The notes under the pieces are model-generated. The model saw only the letters and a program-made list of their open reading frames with translations, was not told where the DNA came from and ran no database searches. Made by a program: the position numbers and the translations under genes. From the NCBI GenBank assembly GCA_016927555.1, contig JAFGML010000021.1, positions 9,508 through 73,507 of the forward strand: 64,000 nucleotides of DNA, read 5' to 3'. How positions within the stretch are numbered: the first letter of the stretch is position 1; every line of letters starts with the position of its first letter. Origin of the DNA: Thermoplasmatota archaeon (GTDB lineage: Archaea; Thermoplasmatota; E2; DHVEG-1). Of the stretch, positions 28,709 to 36,771 are shown piece by piece.

Positions 28709-29152
28709 TCAGTCCTTCGTCGTCTTTTTCTGATACTGCTCAAGAGCTTTCTTCAAGGTAGTGACTGCAAGAACAGTACAATGTATATGTTCGCTTGGGA
28801 GACCTTCTAACGCATCCAGGAGCTGCTGAGGAGTCACAGCAGTCGCTTGTTGGAGTGTTTTTCCTTTGATCATCTTGAGGAGCATATTGCCGGAAGCAAG
28901 TGTCGCTCCACATCCATCTGTCCAAAACCGTGCATCCTGTATCTTCCCGTCCCTGATGTTGACGGTAATTCTCATGGTATCACCGCATGGTCCTTTGATT
29001 TCGCCAACTGAATCCGGATGTTGGAGAACCCCGAAATACGTAGGGTTGCGATACTCTCTGAGTACCACTGGTGAGTACGTCTGTCTTTCATCCTCCTCGA
29101 TTGTGTTCTGCAAATCCTTTAGCATCGTGTCAAATTCATCTTCATCTTCCAT
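28709..29152 (-). CDS. IscU/NifU N-terminal-like Fe-S scaffold protein
   Basis: Three scaffold Cys contexts (GPCGD, DGCGA, HC). ATG 29152 behind GAGGT is preferred over 29236, which would overlap the upstream gene by 95 nt. Confidence 0.7.
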   Translation of the reverse strand: MEDEDEFDTMLKDLQNTIEEDERQTYSPVVLREYRNPTYFGVLQHPDSVGEIKGPCGDTMRITVNIRDGKIQDARFWTDGCGATLASGNMLLKMIKGKTLQQATAVTPQQLLDALEGLPSEHIHCTVLAVTTLKKALEQYQKKTTKD

Positions 29153-30008
29153 ACAGTACCTCTGTGATGTTCTGCCACATGGCACGGATATCTCGTGTGA
29201 GTGGACCATCTGAGAATTCAATGATGCTTTGCTCATGAATCATGGCTTGGGTGATGGTGAGATCGTAAGGCAGGGTTCCAACGAGTCGAAGAGCGTGATC
29301 CTTGCAATACTGCTCGATGGCTCTGGTGTTGTCGTCGTTAATCGATGCTTTATTGATGCAGACGACAGCAGGGATGTGGAAATGCAAGGCGACCGCATGC
29401 ACTCGCTCAAGGTCATGGATCGCTGAGTAGGTTGGCTCAGTGACAATCACCACGAGGTCGACACCGGTAATCGATGCGATCACTGGGCAGCCGATGCCGG
29501 GGGGGCCATCGATGAGGACTAGGTCTTTGTTCAAGGTACCAGCGAGGTCTGTCGCCATGTTCCGCACCATGGTCACCAATTTTCCTGAGGCTTCCTCAGC
29601 AGTATGCAGCACCGCATGAGCCATGGGACCAAATCGCGTCTGGGAGCGGTACGCTACCCCTGACTCTCGGTCCACCATCGTAATCGCATGAACAGGGCAG
29701 ACGTAGGCGCACACACCGCAGCCTTCGCAGGAGTCAGCATGAACACGGATGTCATCGTCTATCGCCTGGAAATGACAGGATTTCACGCACTGGTTACAAC
29801 GGGTGCACTGTGCTTCATCGATGTGTGCAAGCTTGAGACCTGAAAACAACTGGGTGTCCTGTACAACTGGTTTGAGAATGAGGTGCAAATCGGCAGCGTC
29901 GACATCACAGTCTGCAAGTACAGCCTTGTTCGCCAGGGCCGCAAACGCTGCTGTCAGAGACGTTTTGCCTGTGCCGCCTTTGCCGCTGATGACTGCTAAC
30001 TGCTTGAT
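29142..30008 (-). CDS. MinD/ParA-type P-loop ATPase with an inserted 2x[4Fe-4S] ferredoxin domain (copy 2); proposed ATC start
   Basis: The deviant Walker A AVISGKGGTGKTS lies upstream of the track's ORF start (TTG 29888). The frame has no ATG/GTG/TTG before it. ATC 30008-30006 follows GGAGGTGA by 4 nt and gives (M)KQLAVISGKGG. Ferredoxin motifs CTRCNQCVKSC and CEGCGVCAYVCP. Confidence 0.7.
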   Translation of the reverse strand: MKQLAVISGKGGTGKTSLTAAFAALANKAVLADCDVDAADLHLILKPVVQDTQLFSGLKLAHIDEAQCTRCNQCVKSCHFQAIDDDIRVHADSCEGCGVCAYVCPVHAITMVDRESGVAYRSQTRFGPMAHAVLHTAEEASGKLVTMVRNMATDLAGTLNKDLVLIDGPPGIGCPVIASITGVDLVVIVTEPTYSAIHDLERVHAVALHFHIPAVVCINKASINDDNTRAIEQYCKDHALRLVGTLPYDLTITQAMIHEQSIIEFSDGPLTRDIRAMWQNITEVLYGR

Positions 30009-30841
30009 GCTGTCACCTCCTGCTGTACTGTCTGGTACATGGTGTGAAACTTGGATTGCCAGGGCTCCATCTGTTCAACAAACACTATGCCTTGTGAGTA
30101 CAACCGTGCGATTTCTTCGCTGTGAGGGATTTTGAGATGAACCGGTATGTTTTCTGTGTTACAGTACTGCTCCACGGCATCATTCCCTATTCCATCGCGG
30201 TTGATGATCACACCAAAGGGGAGATGCTGATGACGCAGCACAGCGACCATGAGCTTGAGGTCGTGGAGACCAAAGGGTGTTGGCTCCGTGACAAGAAGGG
30301 TGTAGTCTGCGCCTCGAACTGCCTCGATGACTGGGCAGGCAGTTCCCGGTGGTGCATCGATGATGATGTGTTTCGTAGGATCTATCTTTTTTTTCAGTGC
30401 TTTCAGTAAGGGAATCGCTTGTGCTTCCCCAATGTTTAACAGCCCCTGATACAGCTCTACGGTTCCACGGGTGCCATACTCAATGGTTCCTATGATCCTC
30501 TTCTTCCACGTAATCGCCTGACGTGGACAGACAAGGGCACATCCGCCGCAGGAGTGACACAGCTCAGGGAAGACCAGAACCTTCTGGGGCACCACTGCTA
30601 AGGCGTTGTACATGCAGAACGCTGCGCACTTCCCACAGTAATCACATTTCGTGGTATCAACCTCAGGGGTGTCCACCGTAACAGTCTCCTGTGTATAGAG
30701 AGGAGCTTTGAGAAAGACGTTGATGTTGGGTTCTTCGACATCGCAGTCAACGAGGCAGGCTGACGCTAGGCTTAACGCGAGATTCAAGGCAACAGTGGTC
30801 TTGCCTGTCCCACCTTTTCCGCTGGCGACTGCAATAATCAT
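29996..30841 (-). CDS. MinD/ParA-type P-loop ATPase with an inserted 2x[4Fe-4S] ferredoxin domain (copy 1)
   Basis: MIIAVASGKGGTGKTT Walker A from ATG 30841. Ferredoxin motifs CDYCGKCAAFC and CHSCGGCALVCP. The track's longer ORF would overlap the upstream gene. Confidence 0.8.
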   Translation of the reverse strand: MIIAVASGKGGTGKTTVALNLALSLASACLVDCDVEEPNINVFLKAPLYTQETVTVDTPEVDTTKCDYCGKCAAFCMYNALAVVPQKVLVFPELCHSCGGCALVCPRQAITWKKRIIGTIEYGTRGTVELYQGLLNIGEAQAIPLLKALKKKIDPTKHIIIDAPPGTACPVIEAVRGADYTLLVTEPTPFGLHDLKLMVAVLRHQHLPFGVIINRDGIGNDAVEQYCNTENIPVHLKIPHSEEIARLYSQGIVFVEQMEPWQSKFHTMYQTVQQEVTASSS

Positions 30842-30884
30842 TTTAATACTCTTCCTTTTTATTTTTATGATTAAAGTTGTACTA

Positions 30885-31283
30885 TTAACAATGACCTCCA
30901 TGATGATCATGGTGATGGTGATCCCGGAATGCATGTTGACCACAAGCATCGTCTGCTCCTGCTTTATGAAGCGTTCCATTTTGAAAGGCAGTAATTGCAT
31001 CTTTCACAGTCCCTGATGCGCCAATGTACACCTCAATGCCGATTTGTTCAAACATTGCTATGGCTCGTCGTCCAAGTCCTCGGCAGACAAGTACTGTGAC
31101 ACCTTCCTTTGCCATAATCTCAGGAGGGTAGCCGACGCCTCCAAGATGTTCACTGGTGTTGGGAACCACCCGAACGTCGTTGGTTTGTAAATCAACAATA
31201 GTGTAGGTAGGTACTCTGCCGAAGTGCTCACCGACCGTGTCATTCAATCCCTGATTGCCGTTGGTAGGGATGCAAACCTTCAT
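30885..31283 (-). CDS. NifX/NifB-C-terminal-like (dinitrogenase FeMo-cofactor-binding fold) protein with a His-rich tail
   Basis: MKVCIPTNG...HFGRVPTYTIVD family signature. C-terminus HAFRDHHHHDHHGGHC. Confidence 0.7.
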   Translation of the reverse strand: MKVCIPTNGNQGLNDTVGEHFGRVPTYTIVDLQTNDVRVVPNTSEHLGGVGYPPEIMAKEGVTVLVCRGLGRRAIAMFEQIGIEVYIGASGTVKDAITAFQNGTLHKAGADDACGQHAFRDHHHHDHHGGHC

Positions 31284-31657
31284 GGGATGTGTCCTCCTAA
31301 ACCAAAATGACTTGCTTGGGTGGCTGCGTGTACTTCCTGTAATTTTCCTTTGCTGTACTGCTCAAGGACTTCTTGTATAGTACCAGAAGCACCGCTGAAG
31401 ACTTTGATGCCCGCAGCATGCAGGACGTTGAAGGCGTTTGGTCCGACGTTTCCGGTAATCACTGCGCCGACCTTTTCGTTGGTAACGATTTGAGCCGCTT
31501 GAATCCCAGCTCCACCAGATGCGATGGTACTTTCATTGTCAATGGTTTTCACCTGCTTGCTTTCTGTGTCGATGATGAGAAAGTAGGGACATCGACCGAA
31601 GCGTTGATCAACACTTGCGTGAAGATCTTTGCCTGTTGATGTGATACATATTTTCAT
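31280..31657 (-). CDS. NifX/NifB-C-terminal-like protein
   Basis: MKICITSTG...RFGRCPYFLIID signature. 4-nt overlap with the next gene. Confidence 0.7.
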   Translation of the reverse strand: MKICITSTGKDLHASVDQRFGRCPYFLIIDTESKQVKTIDNESTIASGGAGIQAAQIVTNEKVGAVITGNVGPNAFNVLHAAGIKVFSGASGTIQEVLEQYSKGKLQEVHAATQASHFGLGGHIP

Positions 31658-32007
31658 TGTTTACCTCCAGTGCTACTAAATTCTTCTATTGCTTTTTGTA
31701 CTTCGACGATATACGTCATCGCTGGGCCACCGCCCATAAGAATGGCAACGACGGCTACTTCATAGATTTCTTCTTTTGTTGCTCCTGCTTTTAATGCTTT
31801 TTCAACATGGATGGCGATACAGTATTTGCATCGTGCGGTTATCGCTGTTCCCACAGCAACAAGTTCTTTTGTCTTTGCATCTAACACGCCTTCTTTCAAC
31901 GTCGATCCCATGAATGCTTTAAAATGTCGCAAGGTTTCGGGTTGATGTTTTGACAACTCTTCCATCATGCTAATGACATAATCAACTGACTCTTTCATTT
32001 CTCCCAT
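31654..32007 (-). CDS. Carboxymuconolactone decarboxylase / AhpD-like family protein
   Basis: AhpD-like CxxC context ARCKYCIAIH, 117 aa. Confidence 0.7.
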   Translation of the reverse strand: MGEMKESVDYVISMMEELSKHQPETLRHFKAFMGSTLKEGVLDAKTKELVAVGTAITARCKYCIAIHVEKALKAGATKEEIYEVAVVAILMGGGPAMTYIVEVQKAIEEFSSTGGKQ

Positions 32008-32180
32008 AGTCCACCTCTTGGCGTATTCATATGTTCTCGTATGACGATAACTGTGCCGTCTTTTGAATATATTTTGTTATAAGATGAGGAATCACTGACA
32101 CCTTTGAATCCTCGAGATAGAAGGAAGCGTTTGATTTGTTCTACCTCTGTTGATTTGTGATTCTTTTGATGTTTATTCAT
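31995..32180 (-). CDS. Small hypothetical protein (weak HicA-like pattern)
   Basis: ATG 32180 lies 8 nt after AGGTGGA. 61 aa. IKRFLLSRGF...DGTVIVIREH loosely resembles the YcfA/HicA fold. Confidence 0.35.
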   Translation of the reverse strand: MNKHQKNHKSTEVEQIKRFLLSRGFKGVSDSSSYNKIYSKDGTVIVIREHMNTPRGGLWEK

Positions 32181-32209
32181 GGTATTCTTCCACCTGTGTA
32201 TACTAATGG

Positions 32210-32413
32210 TTAACCTCGAGTCATCGGTGTTCCACATTTCGGGCATTTTTTGTGAAAGCATGGTACAGCCAGTTCATGAGGCTCGGTGTAACCGCAATTT
32301 GGACATCCACATTCACCAGTAGGACCTTGACGGAAACCTCCGCCAAGACCGCGACCGCGCCTTCCACCAACGGGTCCTTGACCATAAGGTCCTGTTCCGT
32401 CTCTACGTGGCAT
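32210..32413 (-). CDS. DUF5320-like Gly/Arg-rich protein with a C-terminal zinc ribbon
   Basis: [14 protein letters not shown]...RGRGLGGG, then CGCPNCG...CPKCG. ATG 32413 lies 8 nt after AGGTGA. Confidence 0.65.
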   Translation of the reverse strand: MPRRDGTGPYGQGPVGGRRGRGLGGGFRQGPTGECGCPNCGYTEPHELAVPCFHKKCPKCGTPMTRG

Positions 32414-32492
32414 GTTCTTTTTCACCTTTTTTCCTTTCTGTTTTTCTTAGTTCTTCTTCTGTTTGTTATTATAATAACGTCAATATAGTAGC

Positions 32493-32681
32493 TTATTTTC
32501 GTGTCATCATTGCACCGCACTGAGGGCATTTAATTGTGTAGCACGGTACCCCCCGTTGGTGCAGTTGGCGGTACCCGCAATTGGGACAGAGACACTCACC
32601 GCTGGGGCCCATGCCGTATCCTCCACCGAGACCGCGACCGCCGTAGCGGCCGAAGCCTCCCCCTCCGCGCCCTCGTGGCAT
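32493..32681 (-). CDS. DUF5320-like Gly/Arg-rich protein with a C-terminal zinc ribbon (paralog)
   Basis: MPRGRGGGGFGRYGGRGLGGG, then CLCPNCG...CPQCG. Clear paralog of 32210-32413. Confidence 0.65.
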   Translation of the reverse strand: MPRGRGGGGFGRYGGRGLGGGYGMGPSGECLCPNCGYRQLHQRGVPCYTIKCPQCGAMMTRK

Positions 32682-32690
32682 GTCTTTTGT

Positions 32691-33506
32691 TCAGCTCCTG
32701 TGTTGAACCATGTGTTCAATTTTTTCTACAATAGCGTGAAATGACTTTCCAGCCGCGGTGGATGCTTGTTCCTTTAGGAAGGGTATTCCGGTATCTCCTG
32801 TGGTGACAATTTCGGGGTCAAGGGGAATAGTCCCAAGAAACGGGACTGATAAATCCATGGAGGCTTTGAGCCCACCGCCTGTTTTGAAGAGATCAATGGT
32901 CTTGTGACAATGCGGGCAGGTCAGCCCACTCATGTTTTCTATGATGCCAATGACCGGCATGTTCATTCGTTTCACAAAGTTGATGGATTTTCGGACGCTG
33001 ACCAGTGCGACGTCTTGTGGAGTAGTCACGATAACTGCTCCATCGCTGTGTGGGATGAGCTGTGCGATGCTGAGGGGTTCGTCTCCAGTCCCTGGTGGCA
33101 GGTCAACGATTAAGTAGTCCAGTTCACCCCAGTCGACGTCTCCGATGAACTGCTTTATTGCTCCCATCTTCATGGGCCCTCGCCAGATCACAGGGGAATC
33201 AGTATCAGACAGGAAGAACCCCATGGACATGACTTTCAGATAGGGTGTGACAGTGATAGGGTTAAATCCTGTCGCAGTCGCTGTTGGTTTTTTGTCTTCG
33301 ATGCCAAGTATCTTTGGGATGGTAGGCCCATGAAAATCGCTGTCGAGTAATCCTACAATGTGTTTTTTTTGTGCAAGGCCGTAGGCGAGGTTGACAGCAA
33401 CCGTGCTTTTTCCTACACCGCCTTTGCCACTCATCACGATGATGGTATGATGTATTTTCCCGAGGTTCTTGGTGATTTTTTCGTCATTTTGTGCGTTTTT
33501 TTCCAT
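32691..33506 (-). CDS. Mrp/NBP35/ApbC family Fe-S cluster carrier ATPase
   Basis: Walker A VMSGKGGVGKST, the CPHC motif and the DLPPGTGDE block. ATG 33506 lies 8 nt after GAGGTGA. Confidence 0.85.
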   Translation of the reverse strand: MEKNAQNDEKITKNLGKIHHTIIVMSGKGGVGKSTVAVNLAYGLAQKKHIVGLLDSDFHGPTIPKILGIEDKKPTATATGFNPITVTPYLKVMSMGFFLSDTDSPVIWRGPMKMGAIKQFIGDVDWGELDYLIVDLPPGTGDEPLSIAQLIPHSDGAVIVTTPQDVALVSVRKSINFVKRMNMPVIGIIENMSGLTCPHCHKTIDLFKTGGGLKASMDLSVPFLGTIPLDPEIVTTGDTGIPFLKEQASTAAGKSFHAIVEKIEHMVQHRS

Positions 33507-33575
33507 TCTGATTCTCACCTCAGTGGTGTGTGTAATGATTGATAGAGAGAAAGAAGGAGAAGTGGTGGTGTCTTA

Positions 33576-33917
33576 TTATGGTTCTTGTTTTTTTTCTTCG
33601 CTGAGTTCTTTGAGTCGCTGTTTTATTGCGGTCATGTCATCTTCAAGTGCTTTGAGGCTGTCTTGTAGGTAATGTTGTTCTTCTTCTTTATTTGGTGCTG
33701 GGGGACTGTAGGGGTAGTAGGGGTCTGGGTAGGGGTACTCGTGTCTCCACCAGAATCCTCTGCCGCGTCCTTGGAATCCTCGTCCCCATCCTCGACCGCC
33801 TCCTCTCCCGTAACCAGGAGTGGCGTAGCCGGGATGTGGGTAGCCGGCACAGTAGCCAAGTGCTCTGCCGGTCCGGGGTCCGCGTCCCCAGGGTCCTGTT
33901 CTATCGCCGCCAGGCAT
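33576..33917 (-). CDS. DUF5320 family protein (Gly/Arg-rich N-terminus, C-terminal coiled coil)
   Basis: MPGGDRTGPWGRGPRTGRALGYCAG plus RG repeats, then the heptad-like LQDSLKALEDDMTAIKQRLKEL. ATG 33917 lies 8 nt after AAGGAGGTGA. Confidence 0.7.
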   Translation of the reverse strand: MPGGDRTGPWGRGPRTGRALGYCAGYPHPGYATPGYGRGGGRGWGRGFQGRGRGFWWRHEYPYPDPYYPYSPPAPNKEEEQHYLQDSLKALEDDMTAIKQRLKELSEEKKQEP

Positions 33918-34095
33918 GTGTTCGTTCACCTCCTTTGATTTTTTTGTTCATGGTCAGTACTACATGAGGTCTTCATTATAAATGTTGGCATAATAATTAT
34001 TATGTAAAATGCATTTTTCATCTATTTTTTATAGGAAATGTTAATATAGAAGGTCTTTATTTGTGATATTTAATTTGATTTCTGGAAATGATCGT

Positions 34096-34668
34096 ATGGC
34101 ACGCCTGAAGAGTTCGCTTGATGAAATCGATAAGAAAATCATTACACTGTTACATGATACGCACGACTTGTCCCAGGAGGAGATAGCTAAAAAAGTCAAG
34201 TTGTCACAACCCTCGGTAGCGATGCGGATTAAAAAATTGAAGGACCGGGGTGTCCTTGAACAGGTCACGGGTGTGAACCTGAATAAAGTCGGGTTGTACC
34301 TCGCGAAGGTGATGGTGCGCACGACCAATACCACGAAACTGTTGAACATGTTTCGAGGGTGTCCTTTCTTCTTGAATGGGTTTGTGATTTCCGGCAGTGA
34401 TAATTTGATGTTGCTGTTTGCTGGGGAGGACTTAGCCTCTCTGGAGTCCATCATTGACTGTCGTATTCGCCCAGATGAGAATGTGCAGAGCGCAGATTTC
34501 AACATCATCATTTCTAGTATAAAGGATCTGGTCATGCCGCTGAAAATCGTAGAGCGGGGGTTGAACAAGCCACCATGTGGGGTGGAGTACAAATCCTGTC
34601 CAGCGTATGCGGAGAACCGGTGTTTTGGCTGTCCAGCAACGAGTCGGTACAAAGGATCATTTTGGTGA
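34096..34668 (+). CDS. Lrp/AsnC-like transcription regulator with a C-terminal four-Cys tail
   Basis: HTH block IDKKIITLLHDTHDLSQEEIAKKVKLSQPSVAMRIKKLKDRGVL, a RAM-like middle domain, and the tail CGVEYKSCPAYAENRCFGC. Confidence 0.7.
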   Translation: MARLKSSLDEIDKKIITLLHDTHDLSQEEIAKKVKLSQPSVAMRIKKLKDRGVLEQVTGVNLNKVGLYLAKVMVRTTNTTKLLNMFRGCPFFLNGFVISGSDNLMLLFAGEDLASLESIIDCRIRPDENVQSADFNIIISSIKDLVMPLKIVERGLNKPPCGVEYKSCPAYAENRCFGCPATSRYKGSFW

Positions 34669-34806
34669 AAAAGGAAACAAACCCTGTTTTCTTATTTCCA
34701 TACGGTTATTAATTGCAGTTGGCTGATTGTGAACGGTTCATCTTAAGTTTTTTTTTTTCGTAATACTTATGAAATCTCCTCAGATACTTTGTAATGGGGG
34801 CATGTA

Positions 34807-36042
34807 GTGGATCTCGTCGTACTCGGTATCCTTGGTGGTGTCGGTGCTATCGGTTTTTACATGGCCTGGAACATTGGTGCAAACGATGTGGCAAACTCCA
34901 TGGCCACGGCCGTAGGAGCACGAGCGATTACACATAGACAAGCAGTCCTCATTGCCGGAGTATTAACTTTTTTAGGTGCAGTGCTTGTGGGTTCAAACGT
35001 CACTGAGACGATTAAAGGAAATATCGTTGATCCCTGTCAAATTGCAGATGCACATATTTTGATGTTAGGGTTCGTTGCCTCCCTTCTTGCAGCATCAGTG
35101 TTTGTCACCCTTGCGACGTGGAGAGAAATGCCGATCTCCACAACCCATTCTATTATTGGTGCATTAGTGGGCTTTGGTATCGTAGCAGGAGGGACCACAT
35201 GTATCAACTGGGGGAAGCTGGCTGAAGTTGCCGCTAGCTGGGTGCTTTCACCCCTTGTGGGTTGTGTCTTAGCTTTTTTTGTGTTTAAGATTATTGTGAA
35301 GTTAATTTTTTCAAAACAAGACCCTGTGGAAGCTGCAAAGATTGTTGGCCCAGGGATTATTGGTGTAACCGTGTGTATAATTGTTATTTCTCTGTTAACA
35401 AAAACAAACCTTGGGATGATGATAGGGGTAACAAATCTATTTTTAGTTTTTGGTATTGCTATTGGCTTTGGCGTCTGTTTCACGGTTCTTTCTGCAGTTC
35501 CATTTCGAAGAATCCAATCACGTCATCCAGATGATTATGAGACTGTTGAGTTACTCTTTCGAAAACTACAGATTGGGACATCGTGTTTTGTCGCCTTTTC
35601 TCATGGGGCAAACGATGTAGCCAATGCTATTGGACCGGTCGCTGGGATCTTATCGCTCACCAGCACAGGAAGTCTGAATCCTCTTGAGTCTACACCTACC
35701 GTTTTACTCGCGCTAGGTGGCATCGGTATTGCTCTTGGGGCGATGACCTGGGGGCATAAGGTGATGAAAACGGTTGGTGGTCGTATTACCAGCCTGACGA
35801 ACACTCGAGGGTTTTCTGTTGATTTTGGAGCAGCGACCACGGTTCTCTTAGCGTCGATTCTCGGGTTGCCCATCTCTACATCTCATACTGTCGTAGGAGC
35901 AGTCATTGGCGTCGGGTTAGCAAAGGGGTTAGCTGCCATTGATCTCTCCGTGATCAAAAAGATCATTTACTCCTGGTTGTTGACGGTTCCTCTTGCCGCA
36001 GGCTTGTCAGCAATATTTTTTATACTCCTTCGCATGATATGA
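34807..36042 (+). CDS. pitA: Inorganic phosphate transporter, PiT (PHO4) family
   Basis: Duplicated GANDVAN motifs (N-terminal GANDVANSMATAVGA, C-terminal HGANDVANAIGP). Multi-TM. Confidence 0.85.
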   Translation: MDLVVLGILGGVGAIGFYMAWNIGANDVANSMATAVGARAITHRQAVLIAGVLTFLGAVLVGSNVTETIKGNIVDPCQIADAHILMLGFVASLLAASVFVTLATWREMPISTTHSIIGALVGFGIVAGGTTCINWGKLAEVAASWVLSPLVGCVLAFFVFKIIVKLIFSKQDPVEAAKIVGPGIIGVTVCIIVISLLTKTNLGMMIGVTNLFLVFGIAIGFGVCFTVLSAVPFRRIQSRHPDDYETVELLFRKLQIGTSCFVAFSHGANDVANAIGPVAGILSLTSTGSLNPLESTPTVLLALGGIGIALGAMTWGHKVMKTVGGRITSLTNTRGFSVDFGAATTVLLASILGLPISTSHTVVGAVIGVGLAKGLAAIDLSVIKKIIYSWLLTVPLAAGLSAIFFILLRMI

Positions 36043-36064
36043 GGGATGTTATGGACGTGAGATC

Positions 36065-36763
36065 ATGAGTAAAGATAAGGAGCACTTCCGGGTGCCTCTC
36101 TCTGAGACGTATCGGAGAAAATCCCCGTTTGACCAACTCTTGGACCACATGGGCAAGGTGCGAGAATGCATCCATTTACTCGGTGATGGGTTGATAAAAT
36201 ATTACACAGGCGACTATCAAGGGTTTTCTGAATTATCTGAGCGGGTGTCAACGTTTGAACATGAAGCAGATATTATTAAAGGGAATATTCGGAACCATCT
36301 GCCAAACTCCCTGCTCATGCCTGTCGATAAAGGCCGATTTCTTTGGGCATTACGAGAACAAGATGCTATTCTAGACCATGCGGAGAATCTCACCCAAATG
36401 TTAGATATGCGTCATACAAAGATACCAAAGGAGCTGCAGGCATTGTTCATTGACCATGCACGTTTGGTCATGGAGACGGTGAAAGCCATGGAAAATGCTG
36501 TGCAGAACATTCGAGACCTCATTGAATCAGGGTTTGTGAAGCGAGAACGTGAGCAAACAAAAACATTTATCCATAAAGTCCATGAGAAGGAGTACAACGC
36601 AGATCAGAAGAAATATGAACTCACGAAAGCCATCTATGCGTTAGAAAAGAAACTTGATCCCATGGATGAATACCACTTGTTAAAGATAGCTGATTGGGTG
36701 GATGATATCGCGGACCATGCAGAGAATGTCGCTGATTGGTTACGATCCATGATTGCCCGCTGA
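36065..36763 (+). CDS. DUF47 / PhoU-like Pit accessory protein
   Basis: Helical 232-aa protein directly downstream of pit. The FEHEADIIKGNIRNHL-type motif is typical of the DUF47 family. Confidence 0.7.
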   Translation: MSKDKEHFRVPLSETYRRKSPFDQLLDHMGKVRECIHLLGDGLIKYYTGDYQGFSELSERVSTFEHEADIIKGNIRNHLPNSLLMPVDKGRFLWALREQDAILDHAENLTQMLDMRHTKIPKELQALFIDHARLVMETVKAMENAVQNIRDLIESGFVKREREQTKTFIHKVHEKEYNADQKKYELTKAIYALEKKLDPMDEYHLLKIADWVDDIADHAENVADWLRSMIAR

Positions 36764-36771
36764 AATGATTT

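Noticed and set aside
29996-30008. The two MinD-ferredoxin genes might be one protein read through the TAG at 29996-29998
   Set aside because: Careful indexing shows that the downstream Walker A is in a different frame from the upstream gene. The genes overlap by 13 nt out of frame.
30885-31657. NifX/NifB-like genes as evidence of nitrogen fixation
   Set aside because: No nifH, nifDK, nifEN or a full nifB radical SAM domain is present. These small domains occur widely outside nif clusters.
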